Shown: piece after piece, positions 29,706-37,602 of the stretch | How the letters are laid out: the number at the start of each line of letters is the position of its first letter | Position numbering within the stretch: the first letter of the stretch is position 1 | From: a phage | Direction: 5' to 3' (one strand) | Sequence record: PX068456.1 | DNA: 64,000 nt | Notes under the pieces: generated by a model | The model's input: the letters and a program-made list of their open reading frames with translations, nothing else | Told to the model about the DNA's origin: nothing | Databases searched by the model: none | Program-made: the position numbers and the translations under genes

Positions 29706-29839
29706 ATAAATTATCTTTAAAATAGCCAGTGTTTGCGGCACTTGACTATGAAGTATTAGGGTATCGGTAAGATGGTGGAGGCCATCTGCCGAAAGTTTAC
29801 TCTATTAAAGTAAGATTACAAGCTACATTAAAGATAACT

Positions 29840-29925
29840 TGGCGGTAGATGTAGGACTTGAACCTACACGCCGTTTCCGACGACAGTTTAGCAAACTGTT
29901 GTGGCTACCATTTCACCAATCTACC
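29840..29925 (-). tRNA. tRNA-Ser (anticodon GCT), type II
   Basis: Perfect acceptor GGTAGAT/ATCTACC, anticodon arm ACAGT-TTGCTAA-ACTGT, long variable arm. Confidence 0.7.
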
Positions 29926-29933
29926 GTTCTTAA

Positions 29934-30086
29934 TTATTCAAAACAACCGGAATCTTTTTGTTCTGCTTTTACCATACGAATATTTTTACCATCTTCAGAT
30001 TGTTGAAGATTAGAATACTCATAAACAACTTTATTATCTACAATCTTAACTCCGGTAACAACCTGTCCAATAGTTTTATAATTCAT
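29934..30086 (-). CDS. small hypothetical protein
   Basis: ORF-track start at 30134 would overlap tRNA-Ser(TGA); internal ATG at 30084-30086 has AGGAG upstream, so start trimmed. Confidence 0.3.
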   Translation of the reverse strand: MNYKTIGQVVTGVKIVDNKVVYEYSNLQQSEDGKNIRMVKAEQKDSGCFE

Positions 30087-30104
30087 AAAGCTCCTAGTTG
30101 AATT

Positions 30105-30194
30105 TGGAGGAAGATAATGGAGTCGAACCATCACCGTATCGCTACAATGGGCCAGGGTTCAAACCTGGTTGCGCACCGCTGCGCCCTACCTTCC
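30105..30194 (-). tRNA. tRNA-Ser (anticodon TGA), type II
   Basis: Acceptor GGAAGGT/ATCTTCC, anticodon arm CCAGG-TTTGAAC-CCTGG, long variable arm, T-arm GATGG-TTCGACT-CCATT. Confidence 0.6.
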
Positions 30195-30257
30195 CGTTAT
30201 CATACTTTAAATCTAACATAAAACTATCTTGCTTGTCAAGTAGTTTTTAAAACTTTT

Positions 30258-30339
30258 TGGTCGGGGTGACAGGATTCGAACCTGCATACTCCAATTACTC
30301 GGTTAACGCCTGATTAGAAGTCAGGTGAGATACACCCCG
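30258..30339 (-). tRNA. atypical tRNA-like gene (TCT anticodon-like hairpin, no canonical D-arm)
   Basis: Perfect 7-bp acceptor CGGGGTG/CACCCCG with CCA and good T-arm, but only hairpin CCTGA-CTTCTAA-TCAGG lies 9 nt from acceptor; fold unresolved by hand. Confidence 0.35.
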
Positions 30340-30411
30340 TTTTCACAGTAACTATAACAAAAAACTAAGTGAATGTCAAGATATTTTTACTAAAATTATT
30401 ATTTAAATTGA

Positions 30412-30517
30412 AGCCTAGTTATGGAATCGAACCATATTTCGTATTTAGTTAGACAAAGCGGTCTAACATATTTTTCAGGCTTTGATGGCCTCGGAATTAC
30501 CAAATACCCTACTAGGC
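30412..30517 (-). tRNA. atypical long tRNA-like gene (106 nt; possible TCA or CTT anticodon)
   Basis: Perfect acceptor GCCTAGT/ACTAGGC, canonical T-arm TATGG-TTCGATT-CCATA and D-arm with GG, but 74 nt between acceptor and T-stem. Confidence 0.35.
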
Positions 30518-30519
30518 GT

Positions 30520-30605
30520 TGGTGCAAGTGGAGGGATTCGAACCCTCAATCATTTAAGCGTTGCGTTTTAAGCACAATGTGTATCACCAATTCCACCACA
30601 CTTGC
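30520..30605 (-). tRNA. tRNA-Leu (anticodon TAA), type II
   Basis: Perfect acceptor GCAAGTG/CACTTGC, anticodon arm TTGTG-CTTAAAA-CGCAA, long variable arm, T-arm GAGGG-TTCGAAT-CCCTC. Confidence 0.7.
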
Positions 30606-30634
30606 ATATAGGAGATGCATAGCACCTCCTTTTA

Positions 30635-30712
30635 AATGGTGGTTCCCCAGGGTTACAATCCCTGCCCTCGACACTTATGAGGTGTGCGCTCTCGTCAGTG
30701 AGCTATGGAACC
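30635..30712 (-). tRNA. tRNA with CAT anticodon, copy 3 (unusual T-loop)
   Basis: Anticodon loop CTCATAA, D-arm GCTC-ACTGACGA-GAGC, T-loop ATTGTAA atypical, A7-G66 mismatch. Confidence 0.55.
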
Positions 30713-30719
30713 TTGAATA

Positions 30720-30986
30720 TTAAGCATACTGGGTCATTTCGCCAGCTTCGCGTTTCTCCAGAAGAACTGTAATCAAAGCAATAGCTGCTTCTTCTTCGTG
30801 AGGCAGCCCCATTTCATCCAGAAGAGCAAGGAAGTCAATTACCAAACTTTCTGTTTTAAGGCTCACGCTACCATTTTCGTTTTCAGTAAGAACTGATTCA
30901 GGTTCAAAAATAAAGATTGCTCCACCTTTATTATCAATCAATACGTGCTTCTCAATCAGTTCTTTACCATAAGTACGTTCTGTCAT
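30720..30986 (-). CDS. hypothetical protein
   Basis: 88-aa acidic ORF flanking tRNA array. Confidence 0.45.
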   Translation of the reverse strand: MTERTYGKELIEKHVLIDNKGGAIFIFEPESVLTENENGSVSLKTESLVIDFLALLDEMGLPHEEEAAIALITVLLEKREAGEMTQYA

Positions 30987-31166
30987 AGTTTTCTCCTTTT
31001 TGTTTAACTTGTGCTTATCTTAGCAAATAACTAGCTATGTTGTCAACTAGTTTTTACAATATTTTTTCTTGATCTGTAACCTAGTGTATAACCGCATACA
31101 AAAGATACAATAGCAATAAAAACAGATAAGCCAAAAATAATTTCTGTAGACATACTGTTTCCTTAA

Positions 31167-31388
31167 TTATGTGAAATCTAATTCCTCCTCTGGTGCTGTG
31201 TAATTTAGAAGAAGATCAGTTACACTTTGATGTTGATAAACCCTTTCGGGACTGTCATCGAATGCCAAACTTGTACAAATCGAGCATAGATCCGACTCTT
31301 GAATATTACCATTCCTGTCTCTACGGGAATGATTAGTCAAGTGTCTGTTACAGGCTCGGCAACGAAAATAAAAATTATGTTGTTTCAT
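31167..31388 (-). CDS. small zinc-finger protein (candidate)
   Basis: 73 aa with CRACNRH ... CSICTS cysteine pairs. Confidence 0.4.
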   Translation of the reverse strand: MKQHNFYFRCRACNRHLTNHSRRDRNGNIQESDLCSICTSLAFDDSPERVYQHQSVTDLLLNYTAPEEELDFT

Positions 31389-31459
31389 AAATCCTTCGTG
31401 AAGCCCATCCAGGGCAGTTGTAGGCTCTCCTTACCTTAATCTTATCACGAAGTTTTTAT

Positions 31460-33193
31460 TTAGTCAACCTGGATGGTTCCCATAGTACGAAGAACCTCTA
31501 CGTCAACACGGTTGCGGATATCAGTAAATGTTTCATCACGTCCTTCTACTTGTGGTGTAATAACCTTACCATTCTTGAAGATAACTTGTAACTCATTGTC
31601 TTCATCCTGGATATCTTTAAAAGAAAGATTATCTACAAGAGAAAGATTACCATTGGTATCCTTAACAACCTTAATAAAACCTTTTGCAGAGCGTTTACCA
31701 GGATCAGTTTTAGGCTCCTTACTTACCAAAATTTCGTGTTCACCGATGATGCTACCTGTTGCTTTAACAGCAAAACCAAAAGTATCTCGTGTATTGAACT
31801 GATAAGTATAACTACCAACACCAAATACAATATTGGAAGCTGCAAAACCTTTCTTCTTCAGTCGGCGTAAGATCTCGTGTTCTCGTTCAACAGTAATAGA
31901 ATCACCATAAATCATACCGATATGCTGATCAAGAACCTTGTAGCCTTTTCGGTTGATAGTACCACCAAACACTTCCCAAAGGATTTGAATAGAACCTACT
32001 GCTTCACAATAAGGAATCTCATAAGTTTCATCAATGCAATCAGCAACACTGCAATCCTGAAGAACATTGTAATACTTATTAACATCAGCCAAATGAACTA
32101 CTTCAGTGGCTGTCGCAATACCATTATTTAAGAGGTCTTCATAGTTATCAAAAGATTCAACATTGTATCCTGCAACAACTTTAACCGGATCTCCTGAATC
32201 TGGACGAATAACAAGACGACCATTTCGTGACATAATGGAATCTTTCAATTCTACCAGAATGCGAGTCAATACAGCCCAATAGTCATAAGAGTCTGCTACA
32301 TATGAACAAAAACCTTCTGGAACAATTTCTTCGATATAACGACGAAGAAACTCTTTTTCTGCTACATAACGAAGCCCATCTACATCATCTTTAAGATGTG
32401 GGAAATGTTTCTTCAGATCTTCAACAATAGCTCCAATGTTAGTCGTTGCTACTGAATGTTCTGTTGCCGGAATCGAACCTGCAACAAACTGATCATAATC
32501 AATACCATAATAATCATGCACAGTTTCAATAGCCAGAATATTATCTGTTCCTGTGAACGATGCCAAGTGAGCGATACCACTCTTATAACCATCTTCGATA
32601 TTACTTAAACCACGTAGGCTAAAATCATGACACTGGAAGTTAACGTGATCAATATTATCACACGTTGCCATCGCATATGCCATAGCGATACGCTTATACT
32701 GAAAAGCTGCTGTGGCATTAGTCATTGTCTTCCAAGTTTCATCTGACAACAGTGTTTCCACATAGTTAGTTAACCAAAAGAATTTTTCTAAAGTATTATG
32801 CACAGTAAATACAGGAACACCAATAGGACACAAAACACCCTCTGGCAGAGATCGAACTTCCAGCGGAAGATAACCTAAGTCGTGCAATTCTCCCCAACAT
32901 TCAGCAGAAGGAGCAGAAGCACCTAATGCATTTTTAGACATACGATAAAATTTATTTACTGCTGCACTACGAGACATTTTAAAGAAGCTATCCCACATAG
33001 TTACAAGAGCATCAGTGACTGCTCGACGAATACCTAAAACAATCACACCACGTGCTTCACGATCTGCATAGTGTGCAAAGTTTTTATCATTACGAGGAGT
33101 TAAATTAGAGAAAATAAGTTTTGTATTTTGGTTGTACATCTGCTTGTGACCAGGTTTGTACCAATCAGTAGCAAAAGGTGCAAAAATATTCAT
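31460..33193 (-). CDS. nadV: nicotinamide phosphoribosyltransferase family protein (Nampt/NadV-like)
   Basis: 577 aa; N-terminus MNIFAPFATDWYKPGHKQMY and overall length typical of Nampt/NadV. Confidence 0.75.
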   Translation of the reverse strand: MNIFAPFATDWYKPGHKQMYNQNTKLIFSNLTPRNDKNFAHYADREARGVIVLGIRRAVTDALVTMWDSFFKMSRSAAVNKFYRMSKNALGASAPSAECWGELHDLGYLPLEVRSLPEGVLCPIGVPVFTVHNTLEKFFWLTNYVETLLSDETWKTMTNATAAFQYKRIAMAYAMATCDNIDHVNFQCHDFSLRGLSNIEDGYKSGIAHLASFTGTDNILAIETVHDYYGIDYDQFVAGSIPATEHSVATTNIGAIVEDLKKHFPHLKDDVDGLRYVAEKEFLRRYIEEIVPEGFCSYVADSYDYWAVLTRILVELKDSIMSRNGRLVIRPDSGDPVKVVAGYNVESFDNYEDLLNNGIATATEVVHLADVNKYYNVLQDCSVADCIDETYEIPYCEAVGSIQILWEVFGGTINRKGYKVLDQHIGMIYGDSITVEREHEILRRLKKKGFAASNIVFGVGSYTYQFNTRDTFGFAVKATGSIIGEHEILVSKEPKTDPGKRSAKGFIKVVKDTNGNLSLVDNLSFKDIQDEDNELQVIFKNGKVITPQVEGRDETFTDIRNRVDVEVLRTMGTIQVD

Positions 33194-33264
33194 AGTTATG
33201 TCTCCTTGTTTGTTAATGTGGGAGTATCTTACTAAGCATACTCCCTATTGTCAACACTTATTAT

Positions 33265-34158
33265 TTAAAAATTCCACACGTATGGAGATACAATTTGTTG
33301 TTGCAAATCTGACTGATTCTTAACAAGAACACCAGAATCTTCTTGGATGTTATCTTCCCACACATTAAGAGAATGAATGCAGTCAAAGTGCTCACTTAAC
33401 TCTTTAAGACCTTTAGAAAAGATACCGTGCGTAACATATAGCTCAATCTTACCTGCGTTACGAGCACGTAGCACTTTAGCCAATTCGATAAAAGTTCTAC
33501 CACCATCACAGATATCATCTACGATCATCAGGTTACGCTTATTGAAATCCTGTACAGAAATGTCTGTACGAACAATAGCACCTGTTGCGGTATCTCTAAC
33601 CTTCTCTGCACAGAACACATCTAAAGACATTTTCTTAGATAATTTAAATATTTTCTTAAGAGCACCACCATCAGGGCTAACAAGAGCAAAATTCTCCATA
33701 CGTAACTTCCACTTTAAAGTTTCGTAAGCAATCTCTTCTTGAGGTATTACACAGAGTCTGTCAAACACTGCTGGAGTAACATCACTATGCGGATCAGCAA
33801 CGATAACACGTGAGAAATTTAATGAATTAATTATAGAAGCAAATGCTTTAACTCCGAATGCTTCCCCAGGCTCACACACTCTGTCTTGTCGTGCATACGG
33901 CACATACAACATGAGTAAATCAACACAATATGGTTTATGATATAGCATATTGTCCAATGCATTCTTAGTCATAACCAAAGTCATCAAGTCTTTAGCAGAT
34001 CTTACTTCTAAAGTGAGTAAGATTCTGTCTGTAGTATGATTGAAACCTGATAGATTCGTATCTAACTGAACATGTTGTTCTCCACCAGAGAATGTAAACA
34101 CTTTAACGTCTACATCAGTAACATAACAGTCAACACCATGCAGAATACTAACTTTCAT
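33265..34158 (-). CDS. prs: ribose-phosphate pyrophosphokinase family protein (Prs-like; possible ADP-ribose pyrophosphokinase)
   Basis: 297 aa; PRPP-binding loop IVDDICDGGRTF and Prs-like fold signature; adjacent to Nampt-like gene. Confidence 0.75.
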   Translation of the reverse strand: MKVSILHGVDCYVTDVDVKVFTFSGGEQHVQLDTNLSGFNHTTDRILLTLEVRSAKDLMTLVMTKNALDNMLYHKPYCVDLLMLYVPYARQDRVCEPGEAFGVKAFASIINSLNFSRVIVADPHSDVTPAVFDRLCVIPQEEIAYETLKWKLRMENFALVSPDGGALKKIFKLSKKMSLDVFCAEKVRDTATGAIVRTDISVQDFNKRNLMIVDDICDGGRTFIELAKVLRARNAGKIELYVTHGIFSKGLKELSEHFDCIHSLNVWEDNIQEDSGVLVKNQSDLQQQIVSPYVWNF

Positions 34159-34567
34159 TCTTTATCTCCTTAGTTGAGTTAGGACTTTATGTTCTCTACT
34201 CTACATACAGATAGATCTAAAGTCAATAGATATTTATTATTTAATTAATAATAAAATTAATAAATAATCTATTGTTAGTATAGAGCATGTATGTTAGTAT
34301 TATAGACATAACATAGTGTTATATGTAGACTACTCAGTTGTCTGTTAGATCATGTATCACAAGATTAGATAACACCCCCTCGCTGCGCTCGGCGTTTTTC
34401 GGGGGTTAGGGTAGCATACTTTTTTGCGTTTGTCAACACCTTTTTAGATTATTTTTAAGTACAACCTGAACCTCCTAAAAACGATTGTAACGAGTTTTAC
34501 TGTGAGGTAAGGTGATTGCATATCTTAGGTGCTATTAGCTCGTTACAGAGCCATACAGGAGGGAATA

Positions 34568-34936
34568 ATGAGGGTCACACGTTACGTTAGAAGTGAAACA
34601 ATAGATGGAGGCATAATGTATGCTTTCTACGATGATAAAACTTTTTGTTCTGCATTCTATGAAGAAGACTTGTCTACGGAATGGCAACAAATCATCTTCT
34701 TACTTGACATTTTGAAAAGAAGAGATAACTTTGAAGGTATTGAGTGGACAGTGGGAAGCAAAGTTATCGTTGCAGGTTTAAGCAAACATGAGTTGCTTGA
34801 CTTAGACTGTAAACTTTGTAATTATCAATTCTCAAAACGTTTACCATTAGAAAGACAGTTAGGAGTTGAGATTCATGTTGACTTGGGCGATGGAGTATCC
34901 TATACTCTCAACAATCATAGTGCTGACGTTAATTAG
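34568..34936 (+). CDS. hypothetical early protein
   Basis: Start re-chosen at ATG with AGGAGGG upstream (MRVTRYV...); first plus-strand gene after divergent intergenic region. Confidence 0.45.
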   Translation: MRVTRYVRSETIDGGIMYAFYDDKTFCSAFYEEDLSTEWQQIIFLLDILKRRDNFEGIEWTVGSKVIVAGLSKHELLDLDCKLCNYQFSKRLPLERQLGVEIHVDLGDGVSYTLNNHSADVN

Positions 34937-35002
34937 TGGGATCACAAAGTGCGTCACAAGCATTTGCGATTGTTTAACACATTTTAAACAAAGGAAAAAT
35001 AA

Positions 35003-35200
35003 ATGAATCAAACTATGCAAACAATCTATAGAGTAATCCTTGGTGAGTTCCATGTTGTTAAGTCAACATTGAATTATGAAGAAGCTAAAGAGAATTTCTT
35101 GCTATGGGTTGAAGCATTCTCTGAAGTTGAAAAGGTAAGTTACAATTGTGTAACTTTAACTGCCGATCACGTACCTGTATTGGAGTTTATTAAGAAATGA
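35003..35200 (+). CDS. hypothetical early protein
   Basis: 65-aa ORF with AAGGA upstream. Confidence 0.45.
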   Translation: MNQTMQTIYRVILGEFHVVKSTLNYEEAKENFLLWVEAFSEVEKVSYNCVTLTADHVPVLEFIKK

Positions 35201-35436
35201 AAAAAGAAATTTTAACTGATGTAACATATTCTTGTATTAGCAAAGGCGGTTTATATCGTGTAGTTGGCTTTCCTAAACCAGCGGGTGTATCTAAAGTATT
35301 TGATCCTGTTGTGATCTACGAAGATGTAAGGACTGGTCAACAGTATTGGCGATTCCAGCAAGATTTCTTACACCGCATGGAGGTTGTTGATGGCGAAAAC
35401 ACCGAAGAAGCGATCCGTAACAAAGCGCGCATCTAA
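35197..35436 (+). CDS. DUF1653-like protein
   Basis: KGGLYRVVG...VVIYEDV pattern recalls DUF1653 family (from memory). Confidence 0.4.
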   Translation: MKKEILTDVTYSCISKGGLYRVVGFPKPAGVSKVFDPVVIYEDVRTGQQYWRFQQDFLHRMEVVDGENTEEAIRNKARI

Positions 35437-35725
35437 AGATGGGGCGGCAAAAGCCGCTCCTAAGAAACAAAAATTTGACACAGAGGCTTTTGTCTTTGAT
35501 ACTCCAATAGAAAAGATAGAAGAAGCTCTTGCTAAATTTGAAGCACGTGATGCAGATCCTATGGCAGATCCTTTCACAGAAGATGAATTGTACTGGTTTG
35601 GCTGGTGGGTTTTGAATCTACCAGAAGCTAAAAAACGAGGAATGAAGTCAGTTCCTATTTGTGCAAAAGAATCGGCTGTGTTAGGTTTATACGAGAAACC
35701 TAAAAGAAGGAGCAAAAAGAAATGA
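35390..35725 (+). CDS. hypothetical basic protein
   Basis: Start re-chosen at MAKTPKK with GGAGG upstream; Lys-rich termini. Confidence 0.4.
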   Translation: MAKTPKKRSVTKRASKDGAAKAAPKKQKFDTEAFVFDTPIEKIEEALAKFEARDADPMADPFTEDELYWFGWWVLNLPEAKKRGMKSVPICAKESAVLGLYEKPKRRSKKK

Positions 35726-36000
35726 GAAAAACTTATCTGAAGTGTTTGTCTGTTGTGCAAAATGAATGGTATTCAGGTTTGCTGACAGCAGGTAAGAAAT
35801 ATGAAGTGCTCAATAAACCAGGGGCAAGATTTTCATTAATTAAGAACGACAAAGGCACTGAAATGCTTATTTCAGTTGCAGATTCTATGTATGGTACTTT
35901 TGAGTTGGTCTATGAATATGTACCAATTATTCTTGAATACAGCGGTACAAACAAACCTTACACAGCTTTAGATGTGATCAACAACAAAAGGAATAAGTAA
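35722..36000 (+). CDS. hypothetical protein
   Basis: 92-aa ORF, ATGA overlap with upstream gene. Confidence 0.45.
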   Translation: MRKTYLKCLSVVQNEWYSGLLTAGKKYEVLNKPGARFSLIKNDKGTEMLISVADSMYGTFELVYEYVPIILEYSGTNKPYTALDVINNKRNK

Positions 36001-36191
36001 TGTTCCTTATTTATTCAGGTAAAGCCAAATACATGCAAGGTGTGAAGCGTGTAGAAGTAGTAGATACTGTAACTATAGGAAAATCCTTTATTCTTTATTT
36101 GTTTTATATCAATGGAGAAAGATTTGCTGTTTCTAAGAAGTTGGTAGATAATGGTAAAACTTGGAAAGAAGAGAAACAGGAAGGGGGTTGA
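36000..36191 (+). CDS. hypothetical protein
   Basis: 63-aa ORF. Confidence 0.4.
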   Translation: MFLIYSGKAKYMQGVKRVEVVDTVTIGKSFILYLFYINGERFAVSKKLVDNGKTWKEEKQEGG

Positions 36192-36193
36192 TA

Positions 36194-36535
36194 GTGGCTA
36201 AAATTCTTTGGTTAGACGATTTAAGAGATCCTAAAGATTATGGTTATGAGGATGCCATTTGGTTAAAATCTTTTGAGGATTGGTCATCTTTTGTTTCAGA
36301 TGAAGATAATTTCAATAATATCTCAGAGATACACTTCGATAATGATCTTGGAGAAGATCAGGAAGGATATCATGCATTCTTAGACGTAGAATGTATGTTG
36401 TATGCGGGTGAATGGGATGCTCTTAAAACTATCTATGTCCATACATCAAACCCTTCTGCTGCTGGTAAATATATGTTAGCTAAGGAAAATTTTATTTCAT
36501 CCTATGGTGTTGAAATTAAACGTGTTAACTATTAA
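36194..36535 (+). CDS. hypothetical protein
   Basis: GTG start with AGGAAGGGGG upstream preferred over overlapping TTG at 36161. Confidence 0.4.
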   Translation: MAKILWLDDLRDPKDYGYEDAIWLKSFEDWSSFVSDEDNFNNISEIHFDNDLGEDQEGYHAFLDVECMLYAGEWDALKTIYVHTSNPSAAGKYMLAKENFISSYGVEIKRVNY

Positions 36536-36544
36536 GGAGGTGTT

Positions 36545-36691
36545 ATGCTTTATGTTATTTGGGTAGATGAAGGGGATGGGTTTTATATATACAAACACAC
36601 TAACCATTGGCCCGATGTAGAAAAAGCACTTGCAACTTTTGAAGATTGCTTTTACGATATACATACAGACGAAGAGTATGAAGAAAATTGA
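36545..36691 (+). CDS. small hypothetical protein (48 aa)
   Basis: ATG 9 nt after TAAGGAGG; below ORF-track size cutoff. Confidence 0.4.
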   Translation: MLYVIWVDEGDGFYIYKHTNHWPDVEKALATFEDCFYDIHTDEEYEEN

Positions 36692-37050
36692 TGTGCACTA
36701 CTAATCAACATGATATTTGTTACCAACCTCTTACTTGGATTGGTGAGGATCACTATGCTCAACGTGTTATAGTCTGCGCTGCGAATAAGTATATTCTCAA
36801 CAATGGCGAAGAGTTAATTATTCCTTGTGTTAGGCATGCAAATCCTGTACTATCTGCACAACTTAATGTTTTAAAAGATGCAGGATTGATTGGTAAACTG
36901 TTTTGCTTACCTGATAATCAAGGGTTTATTGATCAGTATTATAACTGGTGGAGTCGCAAAGATGCTTATATCATTGCAGATAACGCCAAACAAATTAACT
37001 ACGAAAGAAATGGTCACGACAGTGAACTATTCAGCGAGGGATTATACTAA
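36688..37050 (+). CDS. hypothetical protein
   Basis: 120-aa ORF directly upstream of phosphoesterase gene. Confidence 0.45.
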   Translation: MMCTTNQHDICYQPLTWIGEDHYAQRVIVCAANKYILNNGEELIIPCVRHANPVLSAQLNVLKDAGLIGKLFCLPDNQGFIDQYYNWWSRKDAYIIADNAKQINYERNGHDSELFSEGLY

Positions 37051-37601
37051 TGTTTATTACAAGTGATTTGCATTTTATGCACAAACGTATCCGAGAGTTT
37101 GCTCCTGAATATCGCCCGTGGGAAGATATGGAGCATATGACAGAAGCACTGATCGAAGCATGGAATAAATGTGCCACAACACCAGGAGTAAAGATGTACC
37201 ATCTTGGGGACTTCTGTTTCGGGACTGAAGAAGATACCCGTAAGATTGCTTCCCGTCTCCAAGGGGATATTACTTACTGTGTTGGGAACCATGATTACAG
37301 TAAACACCGAGAAGTGCTTGCAGAATATGGCGAGGTGGTGTATTATGATGAAGTGAAATATCAGAAACTGTTCTTCGTCTTAAGCCATTACCCTATGGCT
37401 TCCTGGAATAAACAAGGGCATGGATCAATCATGCTACACGGGCACTCTCACGGATCATTCCCTGATCATTTGTATGGGAGAATGTTGGATGTTGGTTGGG
37501 ACGCACACGGAAAAATCTTGCATTTTGACGAAATCATCTCTATTATGGATAAGCGTGATATTGTTGTTGTAGACCATCATAAGATAATCAAAGGAGATTA
37601 A
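37050..37601 (+). CDS. calcineurin-like metallophosphoesterase (RNA-end-healing phosphatase candidate)
   Basis: Motifs SDLHF, GDFCFG, GNHD, GHSHG. Confidence 0.7.
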   Translation: MFITSDLHFMHKRIREFAPEYRPWEDMEHMTEALIEAWNKCATTPGVKMYHLGDFCFGTEEDTRKIASRLQGDITYCVGNHDYSKHREVLAEYGEVVYYDEVKYQKLFFVLSHYPMASWNKQGHGSIMLHGHSHGSFPDHLYGRMLDVGWDAHGKILHFDEIISIMDKRDIVVVDHHKIIKGD

Positions 37602-37602
37602 G

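Noticed and set aside
29706-29839. 134-nt gap in the tRNA array with a TTGACT motif and a GATGG...CCATC hairpin
   Set aside because: No tRNA fold found and promoter spacing is poor; could be a small RNA or processing spacer but evidence is insufficient.
35368-35760. Minus-strand ORF 35368..35760 in the plus-strand early block
   Set aside because: Antisense to two well-supported plus-strand ORFs with RBSs; low-complexity translation.
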